A stretch of DNA of 63,740 bases, filler included, from Octopus bimaculoides (taxonomy: Eukaryota): assembly GCF_001194135.2 (NCBI RefSeq). It is 7 parts of 7 records of this genome, joined end to end, with 100 filler letters (N's around TTAATTAATTAA, not from the genome) between each part and the next. Parts side by side here need not be neighbours in the genome. Positions count along the whole stretch, not along the records: positions 1 to 25,284 come from NC_068988.1; 6 more parts are not named here. One strand, given 5' to 3'. Shown here piece after piece: positions 1 to 12,411 of this stretch. The notes under the pieces are model-generated. The model saw only the letters and a list, made by a program, of their open reading frames with translations, did no database searches and had not been told where the DNA came from. Position 1 is the stretch's first letter, and every line of letters starts with the position of its first letter. The position numbers were made by a program, and so were the translations under genes.

Positions 1-372
1 AGTTGTTATTGTAGCTCAGCGGGCTGCGTGTTTGAATCACGTCGGAGGGTCAACACTTTATAGGAAAGTGGGTTATACATCATTAGATGTACACCTGACT
101 TTCCTATATTAAATTATGAATTTGAACGGAACACTGAACTCCAGACTATCAACACAAACAATATTTATTCATGGTGGAAAATATACATCTTTAATCTTGT
201 TTGTTGAGACGTCTTCGGTGTGTCAGAACATGGTTGTTGGGACGTTGGTATATTGATGTGAGCTGTCTAGCGTGAGTTCGAAAGATGGAGAGATAGCTAG
301 ACACGTCTTTGCTCAATCGCTGGCCAGCAAGAAAGAGATCGATCAAAGCGGGAAAGCTTGGTTGTTGAATTC

Positions 373-413
373 CACGCATGCGTGAGACTACGCATGCGCA
401 CGGCGTTACTACA
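373..413. promoter_or_regulatory. Candidate promoter motif cluster: two NRF-1-like GCGCATGCG palindromes plus ACTACA
   Basis: CACGCATGCGTG (373-384), TACGCATGCGCA (389-400) and ACTACAA (408-414) lie within 45 bp, next to repeat-free, CpG-retaining sequence (1-370). Confidence 0.4.
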
Positions 414-585
414 AGTGCATACATTCGTGTCTATATATTCGTGCGTATATGCATATATATTCTCATATGCTTATTCTCTTTAATACTACTGTCATCACAG
501 TTCCTAAATGTGTTTATATTTTATCATTAACTTCGCGTTCGCACCTTGTGCGGGAGCACACACATAGAGGCTGACACGCATGTAA

Positions 586-618
<33 letters not shown>

Positions 619-1454
619 TGCGCGCGCGTATGCTGTGGAACGTTATACTTGCGTGGAAAAGATGGCAAATACTAAATCTCAAACATCATACTTATTCTAT
701 ACATCAATTACCACAATTGATGTATCTTATTTTATACACCAATTCAATACATCATTTACTATACATAGTTACTCTCTCTCTCTCTCACATACACGTGCAT
801 ACACATACACGCGCGCACACACACACATTCGCACAAAATAAAACTCATTCAGATTGTCACTGTCCTAGTGACATTAAAACCCACAAGATCCTAACTTAAA
901 CTGGATGCTTCTACAGAAATAGAGACAGGCTATAACATCAGAAAGACAATGTGGCAATGCTTTAAAAGACCAAACCTGTCCAGACAGCCTTTGAGTGTCA
1001 TATGGTAACCATTCAGACAATATTTGTTAAACAACAGCAGTCAAAATTAATATATCGATAAAAAGCGAAGAGTCACATCTTGTAAGTTAAAAATCAGTTT
1101 CTCGAAAATGTTCATTGTCTGGTATTTAGCTGCCGGCCGGATTTGTCGTAATAGACTTGGAGGTGAAATATTTTCTGCATATTAAACAAACAAAATTTGT
1201 GTATATATATTTTATCTGTAAACTTGAGAACCTTGCCAACATCGACAAAAAATGTAACCATTTTTGGTCCTCATGACCTCAGCACTATCATATCTGGCAA
1301 TTCAAAAGCATTATACAACTTCAAAATATTTTTTACAATTCTCAAAAACCTTAAATCCTTTTAAGAGGTAACCGAAAATGCGTCACATTTCTTGGGAAGG
1401 TATTCTCAGTAGCTCCGCAATATTATGGTTTAAAGCTTTCGGTTTTTATAGAAA

Positions 1455-1600
1455 TTAGGTGCAGATGTGGCTGTGTACTAAGACGTTTGCTTTCCAACCA
1501 CATGGTTCCGGGTTCAGTCCCACTGCGTGGCACTTTGGGCTCGTGTTTTCTACTATCCCTTTGTGAGTAGATTTGGAAACTGAAAGAAGCCGTGCATATA
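1455..1600 (+). mobile_element. tRNA-derived SINE family A, 5' head
   Basis: GGCTGTGTACTAAG...CATGGTTCCGGGTTCAGTCCCACTGCGTGGCAC, with a B-box-like GGTTCAGTCC. The same head recurs many times in the window. Confidence 0.85.
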
Positions 1601-1604
1601 TTTT

Positions 1605-2345
1605 AGTTATTATAATTTTTTCACTGAGAAGGGAGCCGGTTTCCAACAAAGATACAAGGTTCCATCTTTGGGATGTAGTTAACACAGACAAATTCACATT
1701 TGGAACTCAAGAAATGTCTTGTATATTTTTTCACTCACAGATTGGGCTTTTACGAATCAGCCGGTCAATTTCTCTTTCTGATAATCCCAGTTTATCCAGA
1801 TTCTCCTTTAAGCATTTACTAACAAAACCTAGTGCTCCAATTATTATTGGTATGAATATGAATTAATAGTCTGGATATAGAAGCTGGAGGTTTCAAAACA
1901 GTTGTCCATAGATATCTTCTTTTTCTTCGATTTTCAAAGGGATATTTTAATGTGCGGGGCAGATATATGCATGTATTCCATAACAGAGGGATTTTCTAAG
2001 TTTTTTTTTAGCAGATGACATTGTAAATTGTTTTAGCAACAACATCGTGCCGCGTAGGGAGGTAGTACCGTAACGTCAATTTAGGACAGCTGCTAATCAC
2101 ATGCGTAATGTCTTCCACAGAAACATAACATAGCCTAGATATGCGGTTGCACCTTGGGATCGCAAGAGCGTCACTGTTTCTCTTGTTCACCGGGTACTTT
2201 GTGGCAATCTCCTGTTCCTGGATTGTAAACGCATAGCCTTCAAAGTGTGATGTAATGTAGTGGTCTTGTGTCCAAGAGAGGCTGCGCTTCGTTTCAATTC
2301 TACTGTCTTCTTCAAGCTTCCAGACAACATACCTATGTATGATCC
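1605..2345 (-). mobile_element. R4/Dong-clade (RLE-type) non-LTR retrotransposon, decayed 3' fragment
   Basis: Minus-strand peptide FTIQEQEIATKY...LCYVSVEDITHVISSCPKL...RHDVVAK resembles the CCHC knuckle region. After frameshifts it continues FIPIIIGALGFVSKCLKENLDKLG, the C-terminal motif of restriction-like-endonuclease LINEs. Confidence 0.85.
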
Positions 2346-2574
2346 TTTTTTTATATAGATGAATAACGAAGGAAGGGGTGAAAAAGCCGATAAACGGCGT
2401 TTGAAGTGTGAGTATATGTGTGTGTAAAAGAGAGGTATGTTTGCGTGTGTGTGTGTACAATAGAAATGGGGTGGTAATGATAAACGCTGAAAATGTGTGA
2501 GTATATGTGTGTATGCGTATGCATGTACAAGAGAAGTATGTGAAACTTTACATATATGTGTAAAGTAAAAAAGA

Positions 2575-2772
2575 AAAAAAGGAAAAATAATCCAGAATCC
2601 TTGTCCGGTACTGGATTGTTCCCAAAATCTAATCAGTTCGTGCCAGTCACGAGGCCAAACATCCCTGCAAGTTTCATTCAAATCCATCCAGTGGTTCCTG
2701 AGATATCTTGTCCACGGACGAACTAACACGATTGAAAACAACACCTCTGCCTTCGTTAAGGCGGAGGTAATA
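2575..2772 (-). mobile_element. Helentron/Helitron-associated non-autonomous element (HINE/DINE-like)
   Basis: Terminal hairpin ACCTCTGCC-TTCGTTAA-GGCGGAGGT (2743-2768). Minus strand begins ATTACCTCCGCC followed by GTTTTC...GATATCTCAGGAACCACTGGATGGATTTGAATGAAACTT, a layout I recognise from this class. Confidence 0.65.
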
Positions 2773-2829
2773 ATACATGTAGCTCCTAATAGTGCTAAGT
2801 GCCTTTTTTCTTTCGTTTTTCTACTTCCT

Positions 2830-3130
2830 CGTGTGTGTGTGTGTGTCTTTGTTTTTCACCACCGCTTCAGAACCGGTGCTGGTTTGTTTACGTCACCGCA
2901 GCTTTAGCGTTTCGGCGTAAGAGACCGCTAAATAAATACCAAGTTTAAAATAGATAAGTACTGGGGTCGATTCAATGGCACAAGTATGAAAGGAAAACTG
3001 AACAATAACAGAACGATACTCGAACGGAGTACCTTTACGTTGTTCTGGTTCAGTTTCTGTACCACCCTTCTAAGTGGTACCCTAGCATGGCTGCAGTCCA
3101 ATGAATGAAACAAATAAAGGGTAAAAGATG
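2830..3130 (+). mobile_element. SINE family A, 3' half, interrupted by a 94-bp foreign segment
   Basis: (GT)n followed by AACCGGTGCTGGTTTGTTTACGTCACCG...GGGGTCGATT, resuming at GTGGTACCCTAGCATGGCTGCAGTC. Confidence 0.75.
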
Positions 3131-5331
3131 AGAAAGCTGTGGAAAGTTAAATCTATGCTAAAATAATGTAGGGAGCAAACGATCTTTAATTCAGATTACA
3201 GCCGTAAGCTTACTGCATAGTTTTTTTTTGTTTTTTAACTATGGCTAGAAAACCTCCGGATGATCTTGTAAAGATTATTTAGGGTCACGGAACTTTTATA
3301 GAGAATGCTAAAATGTACTTGCTTGATTTATTAGGACATTGTATTTAGTTATTAGAGCATTTGTGTATAAACATACTAAAGAAAGCGATTGAAAATTAAA
3401 ACAAAAAAAAAATCGTACTGCAGAGATGATGGAAAGTAGGGAAGTGTGGAAGTGACTGGTCAATGGGATGCGCGAGCACCCGCCATGATGATTTTGAAAA
3501 AAATAAAATATGCAAGCAAGAAAATAAGCCGATGGCACAAGTATGGAAGGAAAACTGAACAATAATAGAACGATACTCTAACGGAGTACCTTTACGTTGT
3601 TCTGGTTCAGTTTCTGTGCCACCCTCTTATTTTACACTGAAAATGATTGCATTTAATGGCTGCCGTATACTGTGGATGGTGCAACCGAGCGTTCTGCAAA
3701 TAAGATTTTTCTATATTTTGTTATCAATAATTTTTATTTATTTATTGGTTGTTTTTGAAAATTTAGTGTAATGAATATTTTTCGTTTTGTAATGATTTGT
3801 AGCATATTTGATAGCCAGTCTTGCATTTTGTGCCTCAGGTTCAATAAATGTATTCGGAGTCTAAGAGAAGGAAACGGTATTGTGAATGGTGTTGTTAATT
3901 ACAATATTCACCGCCATGATTTTGAATTCTCTGCTTGGAAATATATTCATACATCGGCAGTGAGCTGTGTCGTTTATATTAGGTACTTTTTGAGGTAATT
4001 ATGTTGTGACAAGTGTGTAATTTATTTGTAAGATCAACAAATAATGCCGCCGCAGTTCTTTCCGTTTTCCAGAATAACTTTATTAAATTAATTCCATAAA
4101 TAAAAAAAAACAAGGTTTTATATCTTTAATATTACAATTTTGAATTTATTATACAATTTAGATACTTGTACATATAAATTTTTCTTCAATAACATACGTC
4201 TATTTTTTTCTGTTTTTTTTTCTATTTCTATTTTTGTTTTCAAAGTTTGAGTTTTTTTTTTATTATGTTGAACTGAAAATATGCTCCCCATGGAGAAATT
4301 GTTAAATTTATCAAAAAATAAAAACAACGCTGATGCAATAGTTCGAGAACCTGGATGTAAGTAACATGAATTGGTGGGAATACTACTAATTTTTTTTTGT
4401 TTCTTTTTATGTCTCGATATGAGTTTACTTTCTCTCTTTGACACGATAACAGTCGTCTTATTTGGTGATTATAAAGAATACTAATTCAGCGAATGTAAGA
4501 AGCCTGCTAAATTACAAATACCTTCTACGCAAGCAATTCTTCACCGTTTTTTTTTTAAAGATTACTGAATTCTTCGAGATTACAAAAAGACCGTTTTGTT
4601 TTAAAGTCATACACAACTAATTCAAGAGCATCACATGAAGCCTCATACTTAATTAAAAAAAATAAATAAGGAGGAGCTTTGACATGACTCGTAAATATAA
4701 AAGAAAAAAAATCAAAAACGAAATGGTTTTATTTATTTAATTATTTATTATCAAAACTCAAATCTTGAAAGAAATCTATCATTATGAAACTTGGCTTTGC
4801 AAGTTATTTGTGTCAGATATATTTGAAAAGCTAAATAAATTTTATGTTCGTTGTAAGGGTGGAAACAGAATACATTTTCGCTTCGAAATGTGAAATTTAA
4901 GCATTCATAAAAACAGAAGAAAGTATGGAAACGTAGAATAAAATGGAAAATTTGAAATGTTTTCATCTACTGATGATTTTGACTGAAAATATGTTGACTT
5001 AATTCCACTGAGCCGGTCATACGTATTTGGTTTGTGTGGAAAGACAGTTTCGCAAATATTTTCTAGTAGACATGTGCATGGTTCATCATAGTAAATTGAA
5101 TTGGATCTTTAGCAATTTCTACACACCCAATCCAGTTCATTGTGGTAGAGGAACAGGTGGAAAATAATGCTTTGAATTCTTAAGAATTTGCAGTCATTGA
5201 GGAATTCAAATTTCAAAACACGAATTTCAAAAAACTTATTTATAATTTATACGACCTTGGTTGAATGAGAAATCAGATTTTCCTTTACTGAATTAGCAAT
5301 AACAAGCAGCTCTTCTCTCATTTCCTTCCTA

Positions 5332-5553
5332 ATATTGCTTTCAAATTTTGGCACATGGCCAGCGATTTCGTGGGGAGGGGATAAGTCGATTACATCAACC
5401 TCAATGTTCAACAGGTACTTATTTCATCGCCTCCATAAGGATGAAAGGCAAAGTCAGTCTCGGCGGAACTTGAACCGAGAGCGTGAAGACGGAAGAAATG
5501 CTACTAAGCATTTTACCCGGCGTGCTAACGATTCTGCCAGCTTCTTTATGTCA
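5332..5553 (-). mobile_element. tRNA-derived SINE family B
   Basis: Reverse complement of the recurring GGCAGAATCGTTAGCACGCCGG...GCCTTTCATCC...AAGTACC unit (compare 8872, 12482, 21705, 58694). Confidence 0.8.
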
Positions 5554-5590
5554 ATATGAACCCGCATATTCTGCTCGCGAAACTTTTTCC

Positions 5591-6037
5591 CCACCAGAGT
5601 TCCGGACTCCAGTTATGAATTCATTTGCATACAGCCAATCAGAGCTCAAGTATGAAACTGATTTATGAGCGCATAACAAGTGATGAGCGATAAGATAAGG
5701 TCACTTGGGTAAGGAACGACCATGCTTTTGCCTCTGCGTAGTTATCTGTGTTGTTGTTGTTTACTTTCTAAAACAGTAAGGGGAGAGGGTTGCGAGCACA
5801 TCACTTTCTACCCACATTTTTCCCATCCATATCTTTATCATATGGGGCCACGCAAATCTATCTAATAACTTGTCTCCTAAAATCTGGCATAACTTGGCGA
5901 TCGGTCGACTTACAACACCGTTCTTCGTCTTGAGTTGACTTGATAGAATATGTTTGTTAACTTGACAGCAAGGTCAAGGTGAGCTCTCATTGGCTGCATG
6001 CAAATGAGTTCATTACTGGGGTCCGGAACACTCATGG
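5591..6037. mobile_element. MITE-like element with about 50-58 bp TIRs
   Basis: 5599-5648 (GTTCCGGACTCCAGTTATGAATTCATTTGCATACAGCCAATCAGAGCTCA) matches the reverse complement of 5980-6029 with about 5 mismatches. Weaker pairing extends to 5591/6037. Confidence 0.75.
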
Positions 6038-7784
6038 ATAAAAAAAAATCGTGTTCTGCTCTAGCAGCTACAAAGACCAAGCTACTGTTTGTTCCAGAAC
6101 AAATATATCCATTCTATTGAAATGTTACTTTTAGTAAAGTTATGTGTAGTTCTTTTTATGTTTTCTGAGTTTTGTTATTAGTTACTTTTGTTGTTTAATA
6201 TAATNNNNNNNNNNNNNNNNNNNNNNNNNNNNNNNNNNNNNNNNNNNNNNNNNNNNNNNNNNNNNNNNNNNNNNNNNNNNNNNNNNNNNNNNNNNNNNNN
6301 NNNNNNNNNNNNNNNNNNNNNNNNNNNNNNNNNNNNNNNNNNNNNNNNNNNNNNNNNNNNNNNNNNNNNNNNNNNNNNNNNNNNNNNNNNNNNNNNNNNN
6401 NNNNNNNNNNNNNNNNNNNNNNNNNNNNNNNNNNNNNNNNNNNNNNNNNNNNNNNNNNNNNNNNNNNNNNNNNNNNNNNNNNNNNNNNNNNNNNNNNNNN
6501 NNNNNNNNNNNNNNNNNNNNNNNNNNNNNNNNNNNNNNNNNNNNNNNNNNNNNNNNNNNNNNNNNNNNNNNNNNNNNNNNNNNNNNNNNNNNNNNNNNNN
6601 NNNNNNNNNNNNNNNNNNNNNNNNNNNNNNNNNNNNNNNNNNNNNNNNNNNNNNNNNNNNNNNNNNNNNNNNNNNNNNNNNNNNNNNNNNNNNNNNNNNN
6701 NNNNNNNNNNNNNNNNNNNNNNNNNNNNNNNNNNNNNNNNNNNNNNNNNNNNNNNNNNNNNNNNNNNNNNNNNNNNNNNNNNNNNNNNATATAAGGTAAT
6801 GTTTCGTTAGGCGTGCCATTCAGAAAGTCCCACAGGCCGCAGGTTGCCCATGACTGGCGTAATGTTTACTTCTGGTTAAGAAAAAGTAGGAGAAACAACC
6901 CTGAAAGTTCAATAAATTAAAATTTAGTAAAAACTCGATGGAAGAATACAGAAATCTTTGGTATTAAGATTGGCAATTCTTGACATGTTTCAGTATTATT
7001 TGGCCTCCTCAGCGAAACAGTCTTTATCCACATTAACAAACCGTAAAATGACTGAGATATAGCCTTAGTGAACGAATACTGATTGTGGTGGTGGTGATAT
7101 CCCCAGGTCGCTTTCAACTTGAAAAAACAAATATTTAAATTAGTGCTGGCATATTTAAAGTAGGGACTTAGTCAAGATTATCTGTAGAAAGAGCAATCTT
7201 AAGATAGATAGAAAATACACTATAGATGCTGAATAACACATTCACATATTTCAGAGTAAAGAAAACAGTCACCAAAACCTCCTAAATGCAAATACAACGG
7301 ACCGACACAGTTTCTCTGATACAACAATCATTCACTACAGTGGAGGTCAACTGACAGCAGATGTGAATATTTCATTCAAAATATCAGTGATTAACAGAAC
7401 ATTTCTGACTAACTACTTCACATCTTACAACTTCGTTTTGGCAGATTATAAATTGGCATCTATACTTATCATCTTTAACACACTTGGCAGTGTTACTTAA
7501 TGTTTAGAGTACAAATACTGAAAAGTTGTCATTTTCAGAGAAAGATAAAAAGCATCATAAATCTAATTTGAAATTTCCATCTGTTAAATAAAACAGGGTA
7601 AAATATACAAATTTTTTCTAAATGTTTAAGTATGCATCTCCATACATTTGGAGCTGTCTAAATTCCAAACTTTGAGGTTTGTCTGTTGTTAGAAATTAAT
7701 CTTGTCTTTGGGGATGAATTGAATAAATTAGATACTTAGGCATCCGATACAAATCAACAGCTTAACACATCCATTATAGAGCCG

Positions 7785-8060
7785 CCCAGCTTATAGGAAA
7801 AAAGCCATCCATGGTTATGTTCCAGTTATGGCCCACGGGTACGCTCTCTGTTTTCTCTTAGCCTTTTCTACTGGTGCTATACTAGCCCTTACTTTTAGAG
7901 GCTAGTTGGGCTCATGCTTCCTCTACTTAGGTATTACTGACCCACATATTTCTTCCCTTATCACCCTTGTTATGTCCAGCCCCCTGTCACTAACCCACTA
8001 CGTCCATTTCTTGGCCTTCTGAAGCTCTCCCTCGGGTCATATCATTCCTGCTGGTCTTGG
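7785..8060 (+). mobile_element. Decayed LINE 3' fragment (L2/Jockey-group RT C-terminus)
   Basis: Broken frames read YRAAQLIG and LSLFYWCY...LVGLMLPLLR...HPCYVQPP, resembling the RAARLIG / LSLFYRYY / HPF.V.LP motifs. Confidence 0.5.
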
Positions 8061-8309
8061 CAACATCATTTTTGACGGGAGCCACGAACACTACGCCTTC
8101 CTCCAGATACAGCAGGTTAAAAAAATACATGCACCAATGTGTGTGTGTGTGCAAAAGGTCTATATAAACAGGAAGACGAAAAGAAAAGAATGTATTAGGT
8201 TTATACTCAGGAAATTGTAAGAAATAGAAGGAAAAAAATCATACGTTTCGAGTATACACGCTTCTAAGAGAGAGAAAATGGAGATATAATATGTATATGC
8301 AGTAAGAAT

Positions 8310-8665
8310 ACGTGAAGGTGTATGGCTCAGTGGTTAGAGCGTCGGGCTCACAAACATGAGGTAGTGAGTTCGATTCCCAGATCAGGCTGCGTGTTGTGAT
8401 CTCGAGCAAGATACTTTGTTTCATGTTGCTCCAGTTCACTCAGTTGTAGAAATGGGTTGCGACGTCACTGGTGCCAAGCTGTATCAGCTTTTGCCTTTCC
8501 CTTGGATAACATCGGTGGTGTAGAGAGGGGTGGCTGGTATGCAAGAGCGACTGCTGGTCTTCCATAAACAACCTTACCCAGACTTGTGCCTCGGAGGGTA
8601 ACTTCTTAGGTGAAATCCCATGGTTATTCATGCACGAAGGGGATCTTCACCCATTTTTCTTTTAT
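8310..8665 (+). mobile_element. tRNA-derived SINE family C (CORE-like central domain)
   Basis: A box TGGCTCAGTGG, B box GAGTTCGATTCCC, then GAGCAAGATACTTTGTTTCATGTTGCTCCAGTTCACTCAG...AAATGGG. A decayed relative lies at about 51405-51660. Confidence 0.75.
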
Positions 8666-8871
8666 GCAGTGAGAGAAGGGTTACTCAGAAAATCTTTGCG
8701 GATGCCTCAATCAGCACTCCATGATTTATATAATATTTATATAGCTATCATAATTTTTGTACGGATGATCAAACATATTGATGTGACAATACTACCATTT
8801 ATCAAAACGATCGTAACCGATTAATAAAAGCAATACCGCCACCTTTATTCCTTTGATTGTCCTATTCTGTT

Positions 8872-9030
8872 TAAGGCGGCGAGCTGGCAGAAACGTTAGC
8901 ACGCCCGGCGAAATGCTTAGCAGTATTTCTGAGTTCAAATTCCGTCGAGGTCGACTTTGCCTTTCATCCTTTCGGGGTCGATAAACTAAGTACCAGATGC
9001 GTACTGGGTCGATCTAACCGACTGGCCTAG
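8872..9030 (+). mobile_element. SINE family B
   Basis: TAAGGCGGCGAGCTGGCAGAAACGTTAGCACG...GAGTTCAAATTCC...GCCTTTCATCCTTTCGGGGTCGATAAA. Confidence 0.85.
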
Positions 9031-9598
9031 AGTAGAAAGATTGTCCTATTCTCTCTCTCTATCTTTCTGCATGCATGCATACATACATACATACATTTAT
9101 TTATTTATATGAGGAGAGACTGGGGTGGGGTGGGGAGTTTAATATATTTATGTAGTTATTCTGCAATTTCTCAGCGGGAATTGAAATCTATGTTGTCGCT
9201 GGAATATACAAACGTGAATAAACACGTTATCTAAGCTTCAAGATTATTAGTGATTTCTGGCAATAAATAAATAAATAAAATGAAAGGCAATTTAAAATCT
9301 TTCTGATTACCACTTATCAGTAATATGAACACAAAAAGACGATTGAGTTGTCTATTTGTTCAGCTATGTATGTTCGTACGTTGCGGGTTTTCAATTATAG
9401 TTAAAACCGAAGATAACCCGAGAGAGCAGATAACTCTCTTGTAGGCGGTGCTCCAGTGTGATTGCAGTCCAAAGACTGAAACCTGTAAAAGAAAAGAAGA
9501 AGAATACGTTTGGATTTGCAAACGGCAAACGTCCCAGAACGTACGTACGAAATGCCGCTGAGCACTTTGCTCGCCGTGCTAACGATTCTTCCAGCTTG

Positions 9599-9631
<33 letters not shown>

Positions 9632-11400
9632 NNNNNNNNNNNNNNNNNNNNNNNNNNNNNNNNNNNNNNNNNNNNNNNNNNNNNNNNNNNNNNNNNNNNN
9701 NNNNNNNNNNNNNNNNNNNNNNNNNNNNNNNNNNNNNNNNNNNNNNNNNNNNNNNNNNNNNNNNNNNNNNNNNNNNNNNNNNNNNNNNNNNNNNNNNNNN
9801 NNNNNNNNNNNNNNNNNNNNNNNNNNNNNNNNNNNNNNNNNNNNNNNNNNNNNNNNNNNNNNNNNNNNNNNNNNNNNNNNNNNNNNNNNNNNNNNNNNNN
9901 NNNNNNNNNNNNNNNNNNNNNNNNNNNNNNNNNNNNNNNNNNNNNNNNNNNNNNNNNNNNNNNNNNNNNNNNNNNNNNNNNNNNNNNNNNNNNNNNNNNN
10001 NNNNNNNNNNNNNNNNNNNNNNNNNNNNNNNNNNNCCCCCCCCCCCGCTCATAACAAGCAGTGCGGGTTTCTTTATGTCCCCCCATAACCTAGCAGTTCA
10101 GAAAAAGTGACCGATAGAATAAGTGCCAAGCTTAAAAATAAATCCTGGGGTCAACTAAACCCGTCAAGGCAGTGTCCCAGCATGGTCGCATTCCAATCAC
10201 TGAAACACGTAAGACAAAGAAAGATGCTTCTTGAGATTTCGAGACGCGAGACGTCAACTGGTCGATCAGACCTTATTAATTTCTGTGGTGGCAGTGAGAG
10301 GAGAAACACAGATTGAGCGAGACATTCCTGTGTTTACTAATAGAAAAGCATTATGGAGCTTATATGAAGTGGAAGTGAAACGATTAGAAATCGATAGTGA
10401 CAGACTCGATTTACCTGGAGTTTCCTCACTCTGCTTGACCACATTCACTTCAAGCGAACGAGAAAGAGAGAGAGGGGGGAGGAGTCTGAGGGTCGCTCGG
10501 TCTGTTAAAGTAAATTCCTTCATATCAGACAGTAGTCTTTGAAAATGATACGTTGGTTTAGATGGCTCTGTGTTCTCTGCATGTAGGGGAAAGACGAGTG
10601 TAATGGCTGGAATGCTTTTGATCGTAGGGTTTTTGTTTTTTTCGATCAAGGTTGATCTTTGGTCAAAGAAATAACAGCTACATTCACTAAGGGGAAACCT
10701 CTACGCGGGCATGGTCACACGAGTTGTTAGAAATAGACATGTTTTATTCAAATTATGCCATCAATGGCTTTTGTTGTTTTTTAAAGAAGGTATGAGTATC
10801 TGCATCGGGAAAGTTCCTCCCAAATTCGCAGGCCTGGTCAAAAGTGTGTTTGTGTGTGTGTGTGTGTAAGACTAGCAGCAGGCCATGCATATGAGTCTCT
10901 TCTCTACGCCGCCGAGAAAAGGCAAGGTCGATACAGCTTGGAACTTGTGTCGTCGCAAGGCATTGTCCTCAGAACGCAGAGAATTGGAACAGATAAAGTA
11001 AGGTAACCTACCCTCGTCCAATAATGAGAATCCTTCCAATTCACTGCCTGGATTGTTACTTTATTTATCGAATATGTAAGGATGAAAGACTATGTTTGAC
11101 CTCATTGGAATTCGAAATGTGAATACAGAAAGTCAGAACAATTATCGCACGCTGTTCCAACTTCTAGCATTCTAACAACTCCTCTGCCTGTTCAGCACTA
11201 CCTGGCGTCTTGCAAAGCAGAAAGTACACATCGATTAAATATATATANNNNNNNNNNNNNNNNNNNNNNNNNNNNNNNNNNNNNNNNNNNNNNNNNNNNN
11301 NNNNNNNNNNNNNNNNNNNNNNNNNNNNNNNNNNNNNNNNNNNNNNNNNNNNNNNNNNNNNNNNNNNNNNNNNNNNNNNNNNNNNNNNATATATATATAT

Positions 11401-11436
<36 letters not shown>

Positions 11437-11932
11437 GATGTCCAAGAGAAGGACGAAATAGTCATGGGTGTAACTTTGATTCTGTTCTACTGAATCGAAG
11501 CTGACGCGCAGTTACTCAACAACAACAACATTCACCACCCGTAGATACGAATAGTAAAGTGTTGGCTCTTAAACGGTGCGCTGAGGATTTGAAAAAAAAA
11601 CTTATTTACGGCTTTAAAAAGTCCATGCTTGTAACGCATGAGTGTCTTGAAAAATATGTTACAGTTTTATTACACACTAATATGATTAATGAAAAATAAA
11701 AATAAAATAAGCGGTAGTCTATGTTCTTTTTTTTGTGACACCAGTGATTTGTTAAATCCTATTTTTCTATATTAGTGGAGGCCAAAATTGTCGAAGCATG
11801 CGACTGCTAGTGGATACTTGTTACCAGTGATGCTCAAAAAAACCAATCTAGATTTAGCGATTCCACTGCAGCTGCAGGATACCTTACGTCTGCCTCTGAT
11901 ATACTTCTGTGCATTTTAACGCTAGTCTAGAG

Positions 11933-12236
11933 CAGTGGTTCCAAAAGTGGGCGGTACTGTTCCCCCCCCCCCCCCNNNNNNNNNNAATATTAAGAGGGAC
12001 GTTGAAGAAAAGTGGGGCAATAATAGGGTGGCCAAAAGGGAGCAATGGATGTAACGCCCCCCCCCCAAAAAAAAAATAATGGGTTAATTAGGTTAAGTTT
12101 TATTTGTGAAATACTGTTGTTTCGAATTTGCTGCAGAAAGTGGTCTACGTTTGTAGTACTGATTGGGGTGGGGGGCACTGGGAATATGACTTGAGTGTCA
12201 AGGGGACGGCAGCCCGAAAAAGTTTGGGAACCACTA
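11933..12236. mobile_element. hAT (Charlie-type) MITE, 304 bp
   Basis: TIRs CAGTGGTTCCAAAA / TTTGGGAACCACTA. 8-bp TSD GTCTAGAG (11925-11932) vs GTTTAGAG (12237-12244), fitting the nTCTAGAn preference. Confidence 0.85.
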
Positions 12237-12265
12237 GTTTAGAGCAGTAATAGTTGCTACTACTA

Positions 12266-12309
<44 letters not shown>

Positions 12310-12411
12310 GGTTTGTGAGAGTGATGGTAGATTTTGAAGAGAACTGATTCACTTTGTCCTGTTTCAGTTATCGTTGATTTTATATTTTCCAATATTAAAT
12401 AAAACTTTTAG

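Noticed and set aside
3771-4444. ORFs 3771-3998 (+) and 4118-4444 (-)
   Set aside because: AT-rich and low-complexity, with no recognisable domain or splice context.
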